Source: Phycisphaerae bacterium (GTDB taxonomy: Bacteria; Planctomycetota; Phycisphaerae; UBA1845; Fen-1342). From it: a DNA stretch of 64,000 nucleotides. This document shows positions 7,018-19,010 of this stretch, one piece after another. The stretch is from NCBI GenBank assembly GCA_963675745.2, contig CAXXWX010000019.1, positions 447,029-511,028 of the forward strand. The letters are read 5' to 3'. Position numbers and translations under genes: made by a program. Each line of letters starts with the position of its first letter. The stretch's first letter is position 1. Under the pieces are notes generated by a model that saw only the letters and a program-made list of their open reading frames with translations, was not told the DNA's origin and ran no database searches.

Positions 7018-10000
7018 GTGTTGCCCAGAAGCGCCCACCCAACAAACCTCTATGCTGCGCGTATCACATGCGCTGCGCTCGTCGCCATAACGCTGCTGCA
7101 CCTTCAGATGGCGGCAGCCCTCTGGGACGAGACGGAGTTGCCGGCACCATCAACAACCGTCGATGCTCTATCGCCCCGCGCCACAGCGCTGATCCCCGAC
7201 AACGTTGACGAATCCGCGGACGCCGGTGTTTTCACCAGACGATCGCATAGTCTGCCGGTCAGCAATGAAGCCGGGCTTCTGATTCAACAGTTGGATAGCG
7301 CGCTCGACGAACGCGAATATCGCCGCGCGGTCCGTGTCGCCGAGCGTCTTTTCGAGTTGCCCGACACGCTTGTTGCGAGTCGCGATGGCAAGGTGTTCTA
7401 TCCGGCGTGGCGCCAGACTGCGGCGTTGCTCGATCAATTGCCACCGGAGGGAGTAGCGCTCTATCGGCAGCTCTTTGACGCGCGCGTCGCCTCACGGCTG
7501 ACGCAGGTCGCCGCGCGGGGTGACCTTGTGGCTCTGCGCACATTGTTCGAGCAGCAGCGCCTCAGCGCGCACTGGCCAGCCATCGGAACCGAGCTGGCGG
7601 CCCAGTCACTCGACCGCGGGGCCTGGCTCGACGTGGTGGACACCACCAGCCAGATGCTGAGTGCGGGGATTGATGACAGTGTCATGCACGCGCAACGGGT
7701 GGTCGCGCTGACCAGGCTTGGCCGGTATGAAGCAGCCGTGCGTGAGCTTGACCGACTGGAACAACTCACGCCAGCGCAACATGATGCGGGCACCACTCAC
7801 ACGGCGGAGCTCGTCCGCGCGTGGTTCGACGCACAACGCGCGCCGCGGCGCGATGTGTCCGCGGCGTGGGGGATGCAGCGGTTGTTGCACGCGGCGGTTG
7901 CGTGGCGCTGCGAGCTGTCAATGCCCGCGGGCTGCCGCGCCTGCCCCGGTTATCGCGAAATAGCGCATGCTATTTCGGTGCTGCGCCGGCCGCCGCGCTA
8001 CCAGGGCGTGCTCGAAGCCGGCATGCTTGTTGTGCGACGGTTTGGCGCGTTGTGGGGCATCAACGCGGACACGCTCGTGACGCAATGGTGTGCGCGCGAA
8101 GCACTGCCCAGCCCGACAAGGGGGGCTGACGCAGCTCGACGATGAGGATGTGGCGACGGCGACACGCCTGGATCGAGACGTCGCTCTCCTGTTTCGTGAC
8201 GCGCACGCGCATGCCCTCTCCGGCGCGTTCGGTCAAGTCTACAGCATCGAGCCATTGGCGTTGGGTCCACCGGAGACTCTCCCGCCGGCCGTGGCGCAAT
8301 ACTGGAGCTTCGGCTCCGAGATATTTGCGAACAGGCTGGTTGCGCGCGACGCGCGGTCCGGTGAGACCACATGGGAGCTTGGAGCCGATCCGACTCATGC
8401 GCTCTATGGCGCGGCGTTCCTTGACGTTCCCGCCGCCATCGGCGACATGCTCGTGGTGCCATACCAACGCCGCGACGAGTTACTCCTGGCCATGCTGGAG
8501 CCGGTCAGCGGTCGGCTGGTTGAGCGCTTCGTAGTCCATGGGTCGCCGACCAGTTTCACACCGCTTGGCGGCCAGTGCTTCGTGCTGGTTGAGCATCCCG
8601 TTGTGTACATTTGCACGGGCAACGGCGTTGCGGCGGCACTCCGCCTGCGCTCGTCACCTACGCGAGGCGCGCCGGCCCTTACGTGGGAGTGGGCCACGCA
8701 TTACGCCGAACCTGAGCCCATCGACTCTGTCGCGACCTGGTGGGTGGCCGATGATGAGCACGATTCATGGCCATCCGAGCGCCCGATATTGACGGATGAG
8801 CTGCTGATACTCCCGCCGTACGACAGTGACGAGCTGGTCGCGCTCAACCGTTTCGACGGCCGTGAACGATGGCGCGTGCCCTGGTCGGAGACCGAAATAC
8901 TCGTCGGCCCGCTGCCGGGAGGTTTTGTGACGGCTGGGGACCGCGTGCGCTGTCGCGAATCCGCAACGGGCCGCACGTTCCACTGGCAATCGTTGCCAAT
9001 CGAGCTGACGGGTCGTCCGGCACTCCTCGGCGGAGACGTCGTCGTGCCGACGCCGGACGGCCTGTTGGTGCTTGATGGCGCTACGGGGAAGGTCGTCGCC
9101 GACCAATGGCAGCCGCACGATACGCAGCCGGCGTCGAATCGAGAGGCATCCGCCAACCTGCTGGCTGCGACTGACGCGCTGTTTGCCGTCGGGCCGGACA
9201 TGGTGCAGAAGTACCCCAGCCCGGCAGTGCGCAGCTTGTACTCCAAGGCCGGGTCTGAGCCGGTAACCGCCGCACGAGACAGGTACATCCTGGCGATGCT
9301 TGATGCGCTGGAGGGGGAGCTCGAGTCCGCCTGCGACCGTCTGCGCGACCTGGTGCCCGACGACCCCGGGCTTCGTGCCGCTCGTGACCGCCTGGGTACC
9401 AGCGTGCTGCTGGCGCTGGCCGATCGCGCGCCTAACGACGCCGAGCGCCTGGCGCGATTGCGCGAGGCTGCCGCGGCGGGGGCGGGCACGCGCGCCGGCG
9501 CCCTGTTGGGCGATGTGCTCGAGCAATCGGGCTTTCCCGAGGAAGCGTTGGCACATTTCAAGGAAATCCTGCTCAGCGCCCCGGCAGACCACATTTCGCC
9601 GGGGCCGGTGGCAGGCTATCGCGTCGCGGATTGGTTATATGCCGCGGGGCGCGTCGATTCACTCCTCGCGGGCATGTCGCCGGGTGATCGGCAGGCGTTT
9701 GTGGAAAACCTGGTTACGGACGCGATTGCCTCCGGGCGCCCGAGCAGGATGATGCGCGTATATCCGCTGGTTATCGACGCCCAGCAGCGCGAGCGCCTGG
9801 GCCAGGCACTGGTGTTGTGGCAGCCGGCGGACGCGAACGATCCGGAAACAGGCACGCTGCGGCCTGAGTTGCTGGCGCGATACCTGCCCGACGGCGGCGC
9901 CGGCCGCGCGGAGGTGCCGGCGCGTGATACGCTCAACGGCACAGCGGCCGGCGTGTTCACGTCTGACCTGCAACGCCGTTGGGTTGCCGAAGATCACGAA

Positions 10001-11281
10001 CTGATTCTGCCACGTGGTGAAGGTGGCCCGCCGGACACTCTGCCGCTGCGCCATCTCGTTAACCAGCGCATCAGTCTGGTTACAACGGCGACTGGCCGCG
10101 TGCGAACCTCGACCGTCGATGGCGTCACTGGTGGTCGTGGTGTGGCGGAATCGCTCGCCGACTCGGCCCAGCACGCGCTGTTCAGCAACACCGACATCTA
10201 CTCACCGATCCCAGGCGCCTGGCCGGCAATTCGTCACCGCGATCTTGCCGCTCTGCCAACGGTCGGCGGACTGATCGCGTTTGGACTGGGTGCGGAGCCG
10301 GGTGGTGGGCAGCGTCTCTGGGAATATGCCATCCCGCAATGGCACGCCGACCAAGCGGGTTTTGCGCGGCACGCCGTCGCGGGACCAGATGGCGTGTACC
10401 TCTTTGCGCAACCCGGCCGGCTGATTCACGTGGGATGGTCTGATGGCTTGCTGCGCTGGGAACGCGATCTGCCCGGCATCTCCTGCCGACATCTGGCGCT
10501 CGCCGCGGGGATGCTGGTGCTGACCGATGATGAGGGCCGCGCCTACACACTCGATCCGGCTCTGGGGCACCCGTTATGCAGCGTGACGGCGTTCCAGGAT
10601 GTGCCCGCCGAAAGTGCCGTTGTAGGCGATCTTGTATTACGCTGGACCGACGAAGTACTGCGCGGCGTGGATCCCCGGACGCTGGAGACACTCTGGTCGC
10701 GCAGCACGGGGGCGATCGGCGCCCAGCACGTCGTCACCGGGCGCGAGTGGTTCGCCTATCAATCACGCGTGTCCGGGATCTGGCACCTGCTTGACGTGCG
10801 CAACAATGAGCCACTGCCGGTCAATTTGCCCCACGACGTCGGCGCAGTCGAAGTGGTTGTCGCCACAGAGGGACAGCTGCTGGTGGTCTCGAACGCAACG
10901 GGTATGGCGGAGGCGCCGAATACGGTGTATGAGTTGTCCGCCTATGATCCGCGCGACGGTCGCCAGCTATGGTCGCGCCGCCAGGTGTCCGCGACATCGC
11001 CAAACGCGTCGCAGCTATGCGGGCACCCGGCCTACATCGTCATCCTGCGCTGGAGCGACGGCCAGCCGGCCCTTGAGCTGATTGACCGGCACACCGGCGA
11101 CACGGTTACGCCGACCGGTTGGATGAGCGAACCCGGCCGGGATTTGCTGCCGTTGGGCGAGTATTTCGGCCCCGGCGATGCGTCTCGTGGTAGATTCGTG
11201 CTCGTAACGTCAGACAGTATTATCGTACAGGCGCTGGGCCGTGTAATTGCGTTCGGCAGCGCCGCGCCAGGACCACCGTGA
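7018..11281 (+). CDS. Large exported PQQ-like (BamB-type) beta-propeller/TPR protein, split by an apparent frameshift in the G6 run at 8120-8125
   Basis: ORFs 7018-8145 and 8090-11281 join in frame if one G is removed; repeated A.D..(T/S)G...W propeller motifs; TPR-like helices; start uncertain. Confidence 0.75.
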
Positions 11282-12381
11282 TGCCTCATGGTCGTATCCA
11301 CACAATCGCCGCGCGCTCGTCTTGCGTGCTGATTTGGCTGGGCGCGGCCTGTGGCGCCATATGGCCATCCAGCGCGCCCGGCGGCCAGCCCGAGGAAAGC
11401 CAACGCCCGGTTCCACAGTCCGAGCCCGAGGGGATAACGCCGGAGATCAGGCACGCCATCGACACGGGTCTGGCCTATCTGGTTTCGACGCAGAACCGGG
11501 ACGGGAGTTGGCGAACGCGCGGTCGCGCGGGCAGCTATCCGACGGCGATGACATCACTGGCGGGTTTAGCGCTGCTGGCCTCGGGCAGCACGCCGACCGA
11601 AGGGCCGCACGCACGCAGCGTCAGTCGCGCGCTGACCTTCGTGCTTGACAGCGTTCGGCGTGACGGGCTGATCGCACAACTCGAGGAGGAATCTCACAAC
11701 ATGCACGGCCACGGACTGGCCATGCTGTTTCTCGCGCAATGTTATGGCATGGAGGAAGATCCGAGTCGCGGCGCGCGAATCAGACGCGCGCTACAGCAGG
11801 CGGTTGAACTCACCGCGCGCAGCCAGAGCGTTGCCGGTGGATGGCTATACACGCCGGATTCGCGCGGCGATGAAGGCTCGGTGACGGTGACTCAGGTCCA
11901 GGGACTGCGAGCCTGCCGCAACGTTGGCATCGCGGTGCCCAAACGCGTCATTGACAACGCGTTGGCCTATCTGGAGAAATCGCAAAACGACGATGGCGGG
12001 GTGCGCTACCAGGTCGATGATCATGGCCCCGGCCGGGCGGCGATAACGGCCGCCGCCGTCGCCTGCTGGTATAACGCGGGCATGTATGACGACGTTCACG
12101 CGCGGCGTGCCTTGAGTTTTGCAAAGGACAAGCTGGACCCCGAGCGCGGCGAGACGACCGGTCACCACTATTACGCGCATCTGTATTTTGCGCAGGTAAT
12201 GTACCAGGCCGGCCCTGAGCAATGGCGGAGCTACTTCGCACCCATGAGCAGATATCTCCTTCAAAACCAGGCGAGCGACGGCTCGTGGATGGGGGATTCC
12301 GTTGGGCCGACCTATGGCACGGCGGTCGCATTGATTATTCTGCAACTGCCGCACAAGCATCTGCCGATCATGCAGCGTTGA
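11278..12381 (+). CDS. Prenyltransferase/squalene oxidase repeat ((alpha/alpha)6 barrel) protein
   Basis: QW-type repeats QNRDGSW, QSVAGGW, QNDDGGV, QASDGSW; N-terminal signal; overlaps the upstream stop. Confidence 0.85.
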   Translation: MMPHGRIHTIAARSSCVLIWLGAACGAIWPSSAPGGQPEESQRPVPQSEPEGITPEIRHAIDTGLAYLVSTQNRDGSWRTRGRAGSYPTAMTSLAGLALLASGSTPTEGPHARSVSRALTFVLDSVRRDGLIAQLEEESHNMHGHGLAMLFLAQCYGMEEDPSRGARIRRALQQAVELTARSQSVAGGWLYTPDSRGDEGSVTVTQVQGLRACRNVGIAVPKRVIDNALAYLEKSQNDDGGVRYQVDDHGPGRAAITAAAVACWYNAGMYDDVHARRALSFAKDKLDPERGETTGHHYYAHLYFAQVMYQAGPEQWRSYFAPMSRYLLQNQASDGSWMGDSVGPTYGTAVALIILQLPHKHLPIMQR

Positions 12382-12403
12382 TGCCGGCGGCGCGGAGGAA
12401 CGC

Positions 12404-13492
<1,089 letters not shown>

Positions 13493-14362
13493 CGCGGTCG
13501 CGCGGCTCCGTGGCCTGCAACTCCGCGCGCGCACGATTGTGGCCGGCGCGCGTTCGGGCCTGCACCGCAGCGCCTATCGCGGCTACAGCGTCGAATTCGC
13601 CGAGCACCGCCAATACGTGCCCGGCGACGACGTGCGGCACATCGACTGGCGGCTGTTCGGCCGCAAGGATCGCCTCTACATCAAGCAGTACGAGGAAGAG
13701 AGTAATCTGGCGTGCCAGCTCCTGCTCGACGTCAGCGGTTCGATGTCGCACGGTAGCGGGCCGCTGAGCAAGTTCGATTACGCATGTTGTCTGGCCGCGA
13801 GCCTGGCGTGGCTGTTGATACACCAGCAGGACGCCGCCGGTCTGATTACCTTTGACCGCGATATTCGCGCGACGTTGCCGACCGGCACGGGCACGCAGCA
13901 TCTGGCGTCATTGATCGGCATGCTCGAAGCCGCACAGCCCGCCCAGCCGACCGATGTGGAAGCCCTGCTGCACCGTCTGGCGCGGGAGCTGCGCCGCCGC
14001 TCGATAGTCGCGCTCTTCTCCGACCTGCTGATGCCGGCGGAACGTGTCGTGACGGGCGTCGAACATCTGAGCCATGCGGGACATGAGTTGATCGTGTTTC
14101 ACATCATGGACGATGACGAGTGGCATCTGCCGATGCACGAGAATCTGTTGTTCGAGGGATTGGAGAGCGATGGGCATCTGCTGGCCGATCCACAGAGCCT
14201 GCGCGAGTCCTACCTCGCGGCCGTTGAGCGTCATGTCGTGCGCATCCGCGCCGCCTGCCTTCAGCACGGCGCCGATTACGTGCCGGTGAACACACGAGAC
14301 CCGCTCGACCGCGTGCTCAGTGCCTATCTTGCTCGCCGGGGACGGCGAAGGGCGGGAAGCCG

Positions 14363-16615
14363 ATGATGGCGCCGGCGCTGATCGCGTTTGGCTTCGTCAA
14401 TCCCCTGCTGCTGGCCGGGCTGGGGCTCATCGCACTGCCGATCATCATTCACTGGCTCGCACGCCGGCGGTACCGTGTTCAACCATGGGCCGCGATGCAG
14501 TTCTTGCTCGAGGCCGAGCGGGAGAGTCGCCGGCGCCGGCACCTGGCGCAGTGGTTGCTCCTGGCCTTGCGCTGCCTGGTTATCGCGCTGCTGGCGTTGC
14601 TGGTCGCACGGCCGTTCTTCGAAACCCGGGCCAGCGCCGCGCTGCTCGCGGGTCCGCAACGCACCTGCCATGTGATCGTGCTCGACGATTCGGCTAGCTC
14701 GCAACTGCGGCGCGGGACGACGACCGTTTTCCAGCGCCTGCAAACAGCCGCGACGCGTCTGGTCGATTGGATCAGTCAGTCGTCGGGTGACAGCGCCATT
14801 GCGGTCTACCGTACATCACGACCCGATGAGCCGCTATTGACGCCGAAGCAGTTGACCGCCGAGCGTCTCGGCCCGTTGCGGACAATGATCGAACAACTCG
14901 AGCCCACCACGCTGCGCGCCGCGCCGGCGCGCGTGATGCGCACAATCGCCGGGCAGGTTGCCGCCGGCGAGCAATACGATCGAACCACGATCTACGTGTT
15001 GTCTGACTTCCAGCGCAGCGACTGGATTGGTGATGATGCGAGCGAGGCCGTGTTCCACCCGTTGCGCGCGTTGGACGATCGCGCACCACGCATCCTGATG
15101 TTGACTGCCGATTCAACGGGGCGGGCCAACATCTCCGTGCAGACGCTTCGGCTCGAACGCCCCCATGCACTCGCCGGCATCCCGGCGCGGCTGCGAACTC
15201 GCGTGGCCAATCACGGTGCGCGGCCGATCGAGAAGCTGGTGCTACAACTATCGATTGATGATCAACCACTGCCCGCCATGCCGCTGCCGGTCATCGACCC
15301 CGGCGATATGGCCGAGACGGTGACGGAATTGAGCTTTCCCGCTGCGGGCCATGTTGTGGTGTCCGGCGGTCTCGAAGCGCCGGACGGATTCGATCTCGAC
15401 GACCGCTATGGCCTCGCGGTCAGTGTGGAAGATTGTCTACCGGTGCTGGTGGTCAACGGTGCGCCGGATCTCGACGCGCGGCGCGATGAGGCCTATCTGT
15501 TGCGTCGGGCCCTGGCTCCACCCGGGCCATTTGCCTCCGGAGTTCGCCCGGACGTGATCGACGTCGAGCGGCTCAGCGGCACGGAGCTCGACCCATGGGC
15601 GTGTGTTCTGCTATGTAATGTCGGCCCGCTGCCCGATGACACAGCCGCGAGGTTGCGGCGGTACGTGGAGAGCGGCGGGGGGCTGGCGTTCTTCCTGGGT
15701 GACAACGCGCAAGACACGGCCGCCCTTAACCGCACGTTTGGCAGCGCCGGGCATGACTTGCTGCCCGCAGTACTGACGGAGATCGTTGATGCTCCCGAGG
15801 GGGCGCAGATCGGCATGGTCAGTGCCGCCGCGCACCCGGCGACGGCGGGCTTCCCCGATGATTCCGACGCGCTGTCAGAGTACGTGAGCTTTCGCCGTTA
15901 CGCGCGTTGCCGCATTGATGATGACACCAGTGACGCCACGGTCCTCGCGCGGTTCACTGATGACCGGCAGACGCCGGCGCTGATCGAGCGGCGTATCGGC
16001 GACGGGCGTGTCGCCTTGTTCGCGTCCAGCGCGGATATGGAATGGAACAATTGGCCGGCATCGGTCGATGGCAGCTATGTCGTTGCGCTGCTTGATCTGG
16101 TGCAGTATCTGTCCCGCCGCTCCGAGTCGAATGGAACGCTGGTTTGCGGAGATGAGTTGGCGGTCGCGCTTGCACCGGCGCGTTACGATCCTTCCGTGCA
16201 GTTCAAGCCGCCAACCTATCCGGCCCGGCCCGCGGTTTCCGGCGGAGCGGTGAACGCCGGGATCATCGAGAACGGTCGCATACTGTTCAGGGGGCCGGTT
16301 GCCGATCAACTCGGCACCTACAAGGCTGAGTTGGCACCACGGGTCGGTGGCGTCGAAACGCGGCCGTTGTGCGTAAATATAGACCCGCGCGAATCGGATC
16401 TACGCGTCGCCACCTCTGAGGAGCTCGAAGCGATGGTCGAGGGGCTGCCCCATGTGATCGCCCCGCTCGATGAAACCCTGCCGGATGGGAGTATTGAAGC
16501 GCGCGGTGAAATCTGGCGCGCACTTGTCATCGCAATCGTGTTTATGCTGATGCTGGAACACCTGTGTGCGTGGTGGTTTGGCCGCGCGCGCCGCTCGGCG
16601 CCGCATCGGCCGTGA
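14363..16615 (+). CDS. BatA N-terminal + VWA + Ig/GATase-like membrane protein
   Basis: FVNPLLL...LPIIIH, WAAMQFL, LLLALR, ARP (BatA); DDSAS MIDAS; RESDL and C-terminal TM. Confidence 0.88.
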   Translation: MMAPALIAFGFVNPLLLAGLGLIALPIIIHWLARRRYRVQPWAAMQFLLEAERESRRRRHLAQWLLLALRCLVIALLALLVARPFFETRASAALLAGPQRTCHVIVLDDSASSQLRRGTTTVFQRLQTAATRLVDWISQSSGDSAIAVYRTSRPDEPLLTPKQLTAERLGPLRTMIEQLEPTTLRAAPARVMRTIAGQVAAGEQYDRTTIYVLSDFQRSDWIGDDASEAVFHPLRALDDRAPRILMLTADSTGRANISVQTLRLERPHALAGIPARLRTRVANHGARPIEKLVLQLSIDDQPLPAMPLPVIDPGDMAETVTELSFPAAGHVVVSGGLEAPDGFDLDDRYGLAVSVEDCLPVLVVNGAPDLDARRDEAYLLRRALAPPGPFASGVRPDVIDVERLSGTELDPWACVLLCNVGPLPDDTAARLRRYVESGGGLAFFLGDNAQDTAALNRTFGSAGHDLLPAVLTEIVDAPEGAQIGMVSAAAHPATAGFPDDSDALSEYVSFRRYARCRIDDDTSDATVLARFTDDRQTPALIERRIGDGRVALFASSADMEWNNWPASVDGSYVVALLDLVQYLSRRSESNGTLVCGDELAVALAPARYDPSVQFKPPTYPARPAVSGGAVNAGIIENGRILFRGPVADQLGTYKAELAPRVGGVETRPLCVNIDPRESDLRVATSEELEAMVEGLPHVIAPLDETLPDGSIEARGEIWRALVIAIVFMLMLEHLCAWWFGRARRSAPHRP

Positions 16616-16642
16616 AATACAGAAGGCGCCACTGTGCGCCTA

Positions 16643-16667
16643 CGGCCTGCGAGGCGCAGGCCGCTAC
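16643..16667 (-). repeat. GTAG-type REP palindrome
   Basis: Exact reverse complement of gtagcggcctgcgcctcgcaggccg at 23257-23281. Confidence 0.75.
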
Positions 16668-16712
16668 GAGGTCCCGTTGCACGGGACAGTCAGGTTGAGA
16701 TAAGGACAGCGC

Positions 16713-19010
16713 TTGCTCGCCGACGTTACACAGACGAGTCGCGATTGCATCGAGTTCGCCGCCGTGCCGACCGGTTGGCCGCGACTGATCGGTCTGGCGG
16801 TCACGGTGCTCGCGTGCTACGCCGTCGTTTGGCTGTATCGGCGCGAGAACCGTGAAGGCGCGAGCGTTGCCCTGCGCCTGACGCTGGCGTGCGCGCGTTG
16901 CGCGGTCGTGCTGCTACTGGCAACAATCGCGCTACGGCCGGTGCTGGTGACGTACGTTGAGCGAACACGCGCGGCCCGCGTTGCCGTGCTGGTGGACACA
17001 TCGGCGAGCATGGACATAACGGATGTGGGGCAGGCGGATACGCGGCGTGCGCGCATCGAAGCTCTGCTGGGCGCCTCGGACGGCGCGTGGATCGGACGCT
17101 TGGCCGGCAATAACGAGACAGTGGTCTACGATTTCGCCGCAACCGCGCGACGGCGAGTGGAGGACACAACGGCGGCGCCGCCTGACGCCGGTCGCACCGA
17201 CCTGGGCCTGGCCATCACAAGCGCCGTTGAGCATGCGGCGGGGCAGCCGATGGCGGCAATCGTCGCGTTCACGGATGGTATTGTGAACCAGGGCATGAGC
17301 GCAGATGAGATTGCGTCACTGGCGCGCGTGCGCAAGGTGCCGCTGTACGTCGTCGGTGTCGGTGATGACACGGAGCCGCCAAACGTGCGTATGACGGGTC
17401 TAGCTGGTCCGTCGATCGCCCGCCGCGGCGATCCCTTTGAGATTCGCGTGGACCTGGACGCCGGGGGGGTGACGTCGGCCGACCTCGAAGTTGTGCTCTC
17501 CGAATCCGGGCCGCACGAGCGGCATCTGGAAACACGGCGCGTGCGCTTCGATGCCGCCCAGACGCCGGAGCCGTTGAGATTCAGGGTGGATGCCGATAGC
17601 GCGGGAGAACTGGCCTATGCGGTTTCAGTGACACCGTTCGAGCAGGAGGTGTTCGCTGACGATAACCGTCGCGAGTTGGTCGTGCGCGTGCTTGACGAGC
17701 CGCTACGCGTGCTGTTGGTCGCCGGCCGACCATCATACGAGTACCGCTATATAACACGCCTGTTGGAGCGCGATCGCACGGTCGAGTTGAGCTGTCTGCT
17801 CCAGTCGGCCGACGCGCAGGCCGTCCGCGATGGCGACCTGGGCATAGACCGGCTCCCGGAAGCGCCTGAGGAGCTCTTTGCATACGATGTCGTCTTGCTG
17901 CTCGATCCCGACCCGGCCGCAATCACGACCGACTGGCCTACCAATGTGCGGCGATTCGTCGATGAACTGGGCGGCGGTCTGCTGTACCAGGCCGGCCAAC
18001 ACTATGCCCCCCGTTTCCTGCACGATGACCGAATGCGCGACCTTGTCAGGCTGCTACCGGTGATTCCCGACCCGGAGGCGGACGACCGCCTGGGTCAACT
18101 GGGAACTTACCGCACGCGACTTGGCCGGCTGGCGGTGCCGGATGGGGCGGCGTCACATCCGCTGATCACCCTGGCCGCCGACCCGGCCACAAATGCCGCT
18201 ATCTGGGCGGCATTGCCCGGTGTGTGGTGGACTTATCCGACGGGCCGCCTGAAGCCGCTGGCCGTGCCATTGCTCCAGCGCGCCGGCGAACCGGATGATG
18301 TGCTGTTCGCGCTCCAGCCGGTTGGCGCCGGGCGGACCGCGTTTATGGGGATAGAAAGCACGTGGCGTTGGCGCGCGACGGCCGAGCCGCACTTCGATCG
18401 ATTCTGGGTCCAGTTGGTACGTTACCTGGCGCACGCCCGCCGGCAGAGCGCCAGCACGCGCGGCGCTATCACGCTGGCGCGCGACGATGTTGCCGTCGGC
18501 CGGCCACTGGAAATCGAGGCGCGCCTGCTGGATGAGCACTTCAACCCCTGGCACGAGACACAGGTCATCGCACTGATTGAGATGCCGGGTAGCGATGATC
18601 AATCGGTGACGCTGCGCGCAATCCCCGGTCGAGCCGGCTGGTACTCGGGCCACTTCCTGCCGCCCCGCGCGGGCTCCGGCCTGATCCGCATATCGTTGCC
18701 GCGCGCTGCGCCAGCCGAAGGGCAGAGCGACGCGCTGGTAAAGCACTTTCGCGTGCGACGGCCGGACATCGAAATGCGCGCGCTGGCAATGCAGGCCGCG
18801 GCATTGGAGCAGCTCGCCACACGCGGCGGCGGCCGGTTTATGTCGCTCGCCGAAGCGGTGGACCTGCCGGAGCTGATCGAGTCGGCGGCCGAGACTCACG
18901 TTGACCGTGGTCGCGAACGCGATCTGTGGGATAACCCCTGGGTGCTTGCCTTGCTTGCAGCGTTACTGGGTACCGAGTGGACTCTGCGCCGGAGGAACCA
19001 GTTGCTGTGA
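16713..19010 (+). CDS. VWA + class I GATase-like domain membrane protein
   Basis: Two N-terminal TMs, VDTSASM MIDAS, TDG, VLLVAGRPSYEYRY, TWRWR...FWVQLVRYL, C-terminal EWTLRRR. Confidence 0.85.
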   Translation: MLADVTQTSRDCIEFAAVPTGWPRLIGLAVTVLACYAVVWLYRRENREGASVALRLTLACARCAVVLLLATIALRPVLVTYVERTRAARVAVLVDTSASMDITDVGQADTRRARIEALLGASDGAWIGRLAGNNETVVYDFAATARRRVEDTTAAPPDAGRTDLGLAITSAVEHAAGQPMAAIVAFTDGIVNQGMSADEIASLARVRKVPLYVVGVGDDTEPPNVRMTGLAGPSIARRGDPFEIRVDLDAGGVTSADLEVVLSESGPHERHLETRRVRFDAAQTPEPLRFRVDADSAGELAYAVSVTPFEQEVFADDNRRELVVRVLDEPLRVLLVAGRPSYEYRYITRLLERDRTVELSCLLQSADAQAVRDGDLGIDRLPEAPEELFAYDVVLLLDPDPAAITTDWPTNVRRFVDELGGGLLYQAGQHYAPRFLHDDRMRDLVRLLPVIPDPEADDRLGQLGTYRTRLGRLAVPDGAASHPLITLAADPATNAAIWAALPGVWWTYPTGRLKPLAVPLLQRAGEPDDVLFALQPVGAGRTAFMGIESTWRWRATAEPHFDRFWVQLVRYLAHARRQSASTRGAITLARDDVAVGRPLEIEARLLDEHFNPWHETQVIALIEMPGSDDQSVTLRAIPGRAGWYSGHFLPPRAGSGLIRISLPRAAPAEGQSDALVKHFRVRRPDIEMRALAMQAAALEQLATRGGGRFMSLAEAVDLPELIESAAETHVDRGRERDLWDNPWVLALLAALLGTEWTLRRRNQLL

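Noticed and set aside
11278..12381. Squalene-hopene cyclase
   Set aside because: Single ~360-aa barrel with an export signal and no DxDD motif
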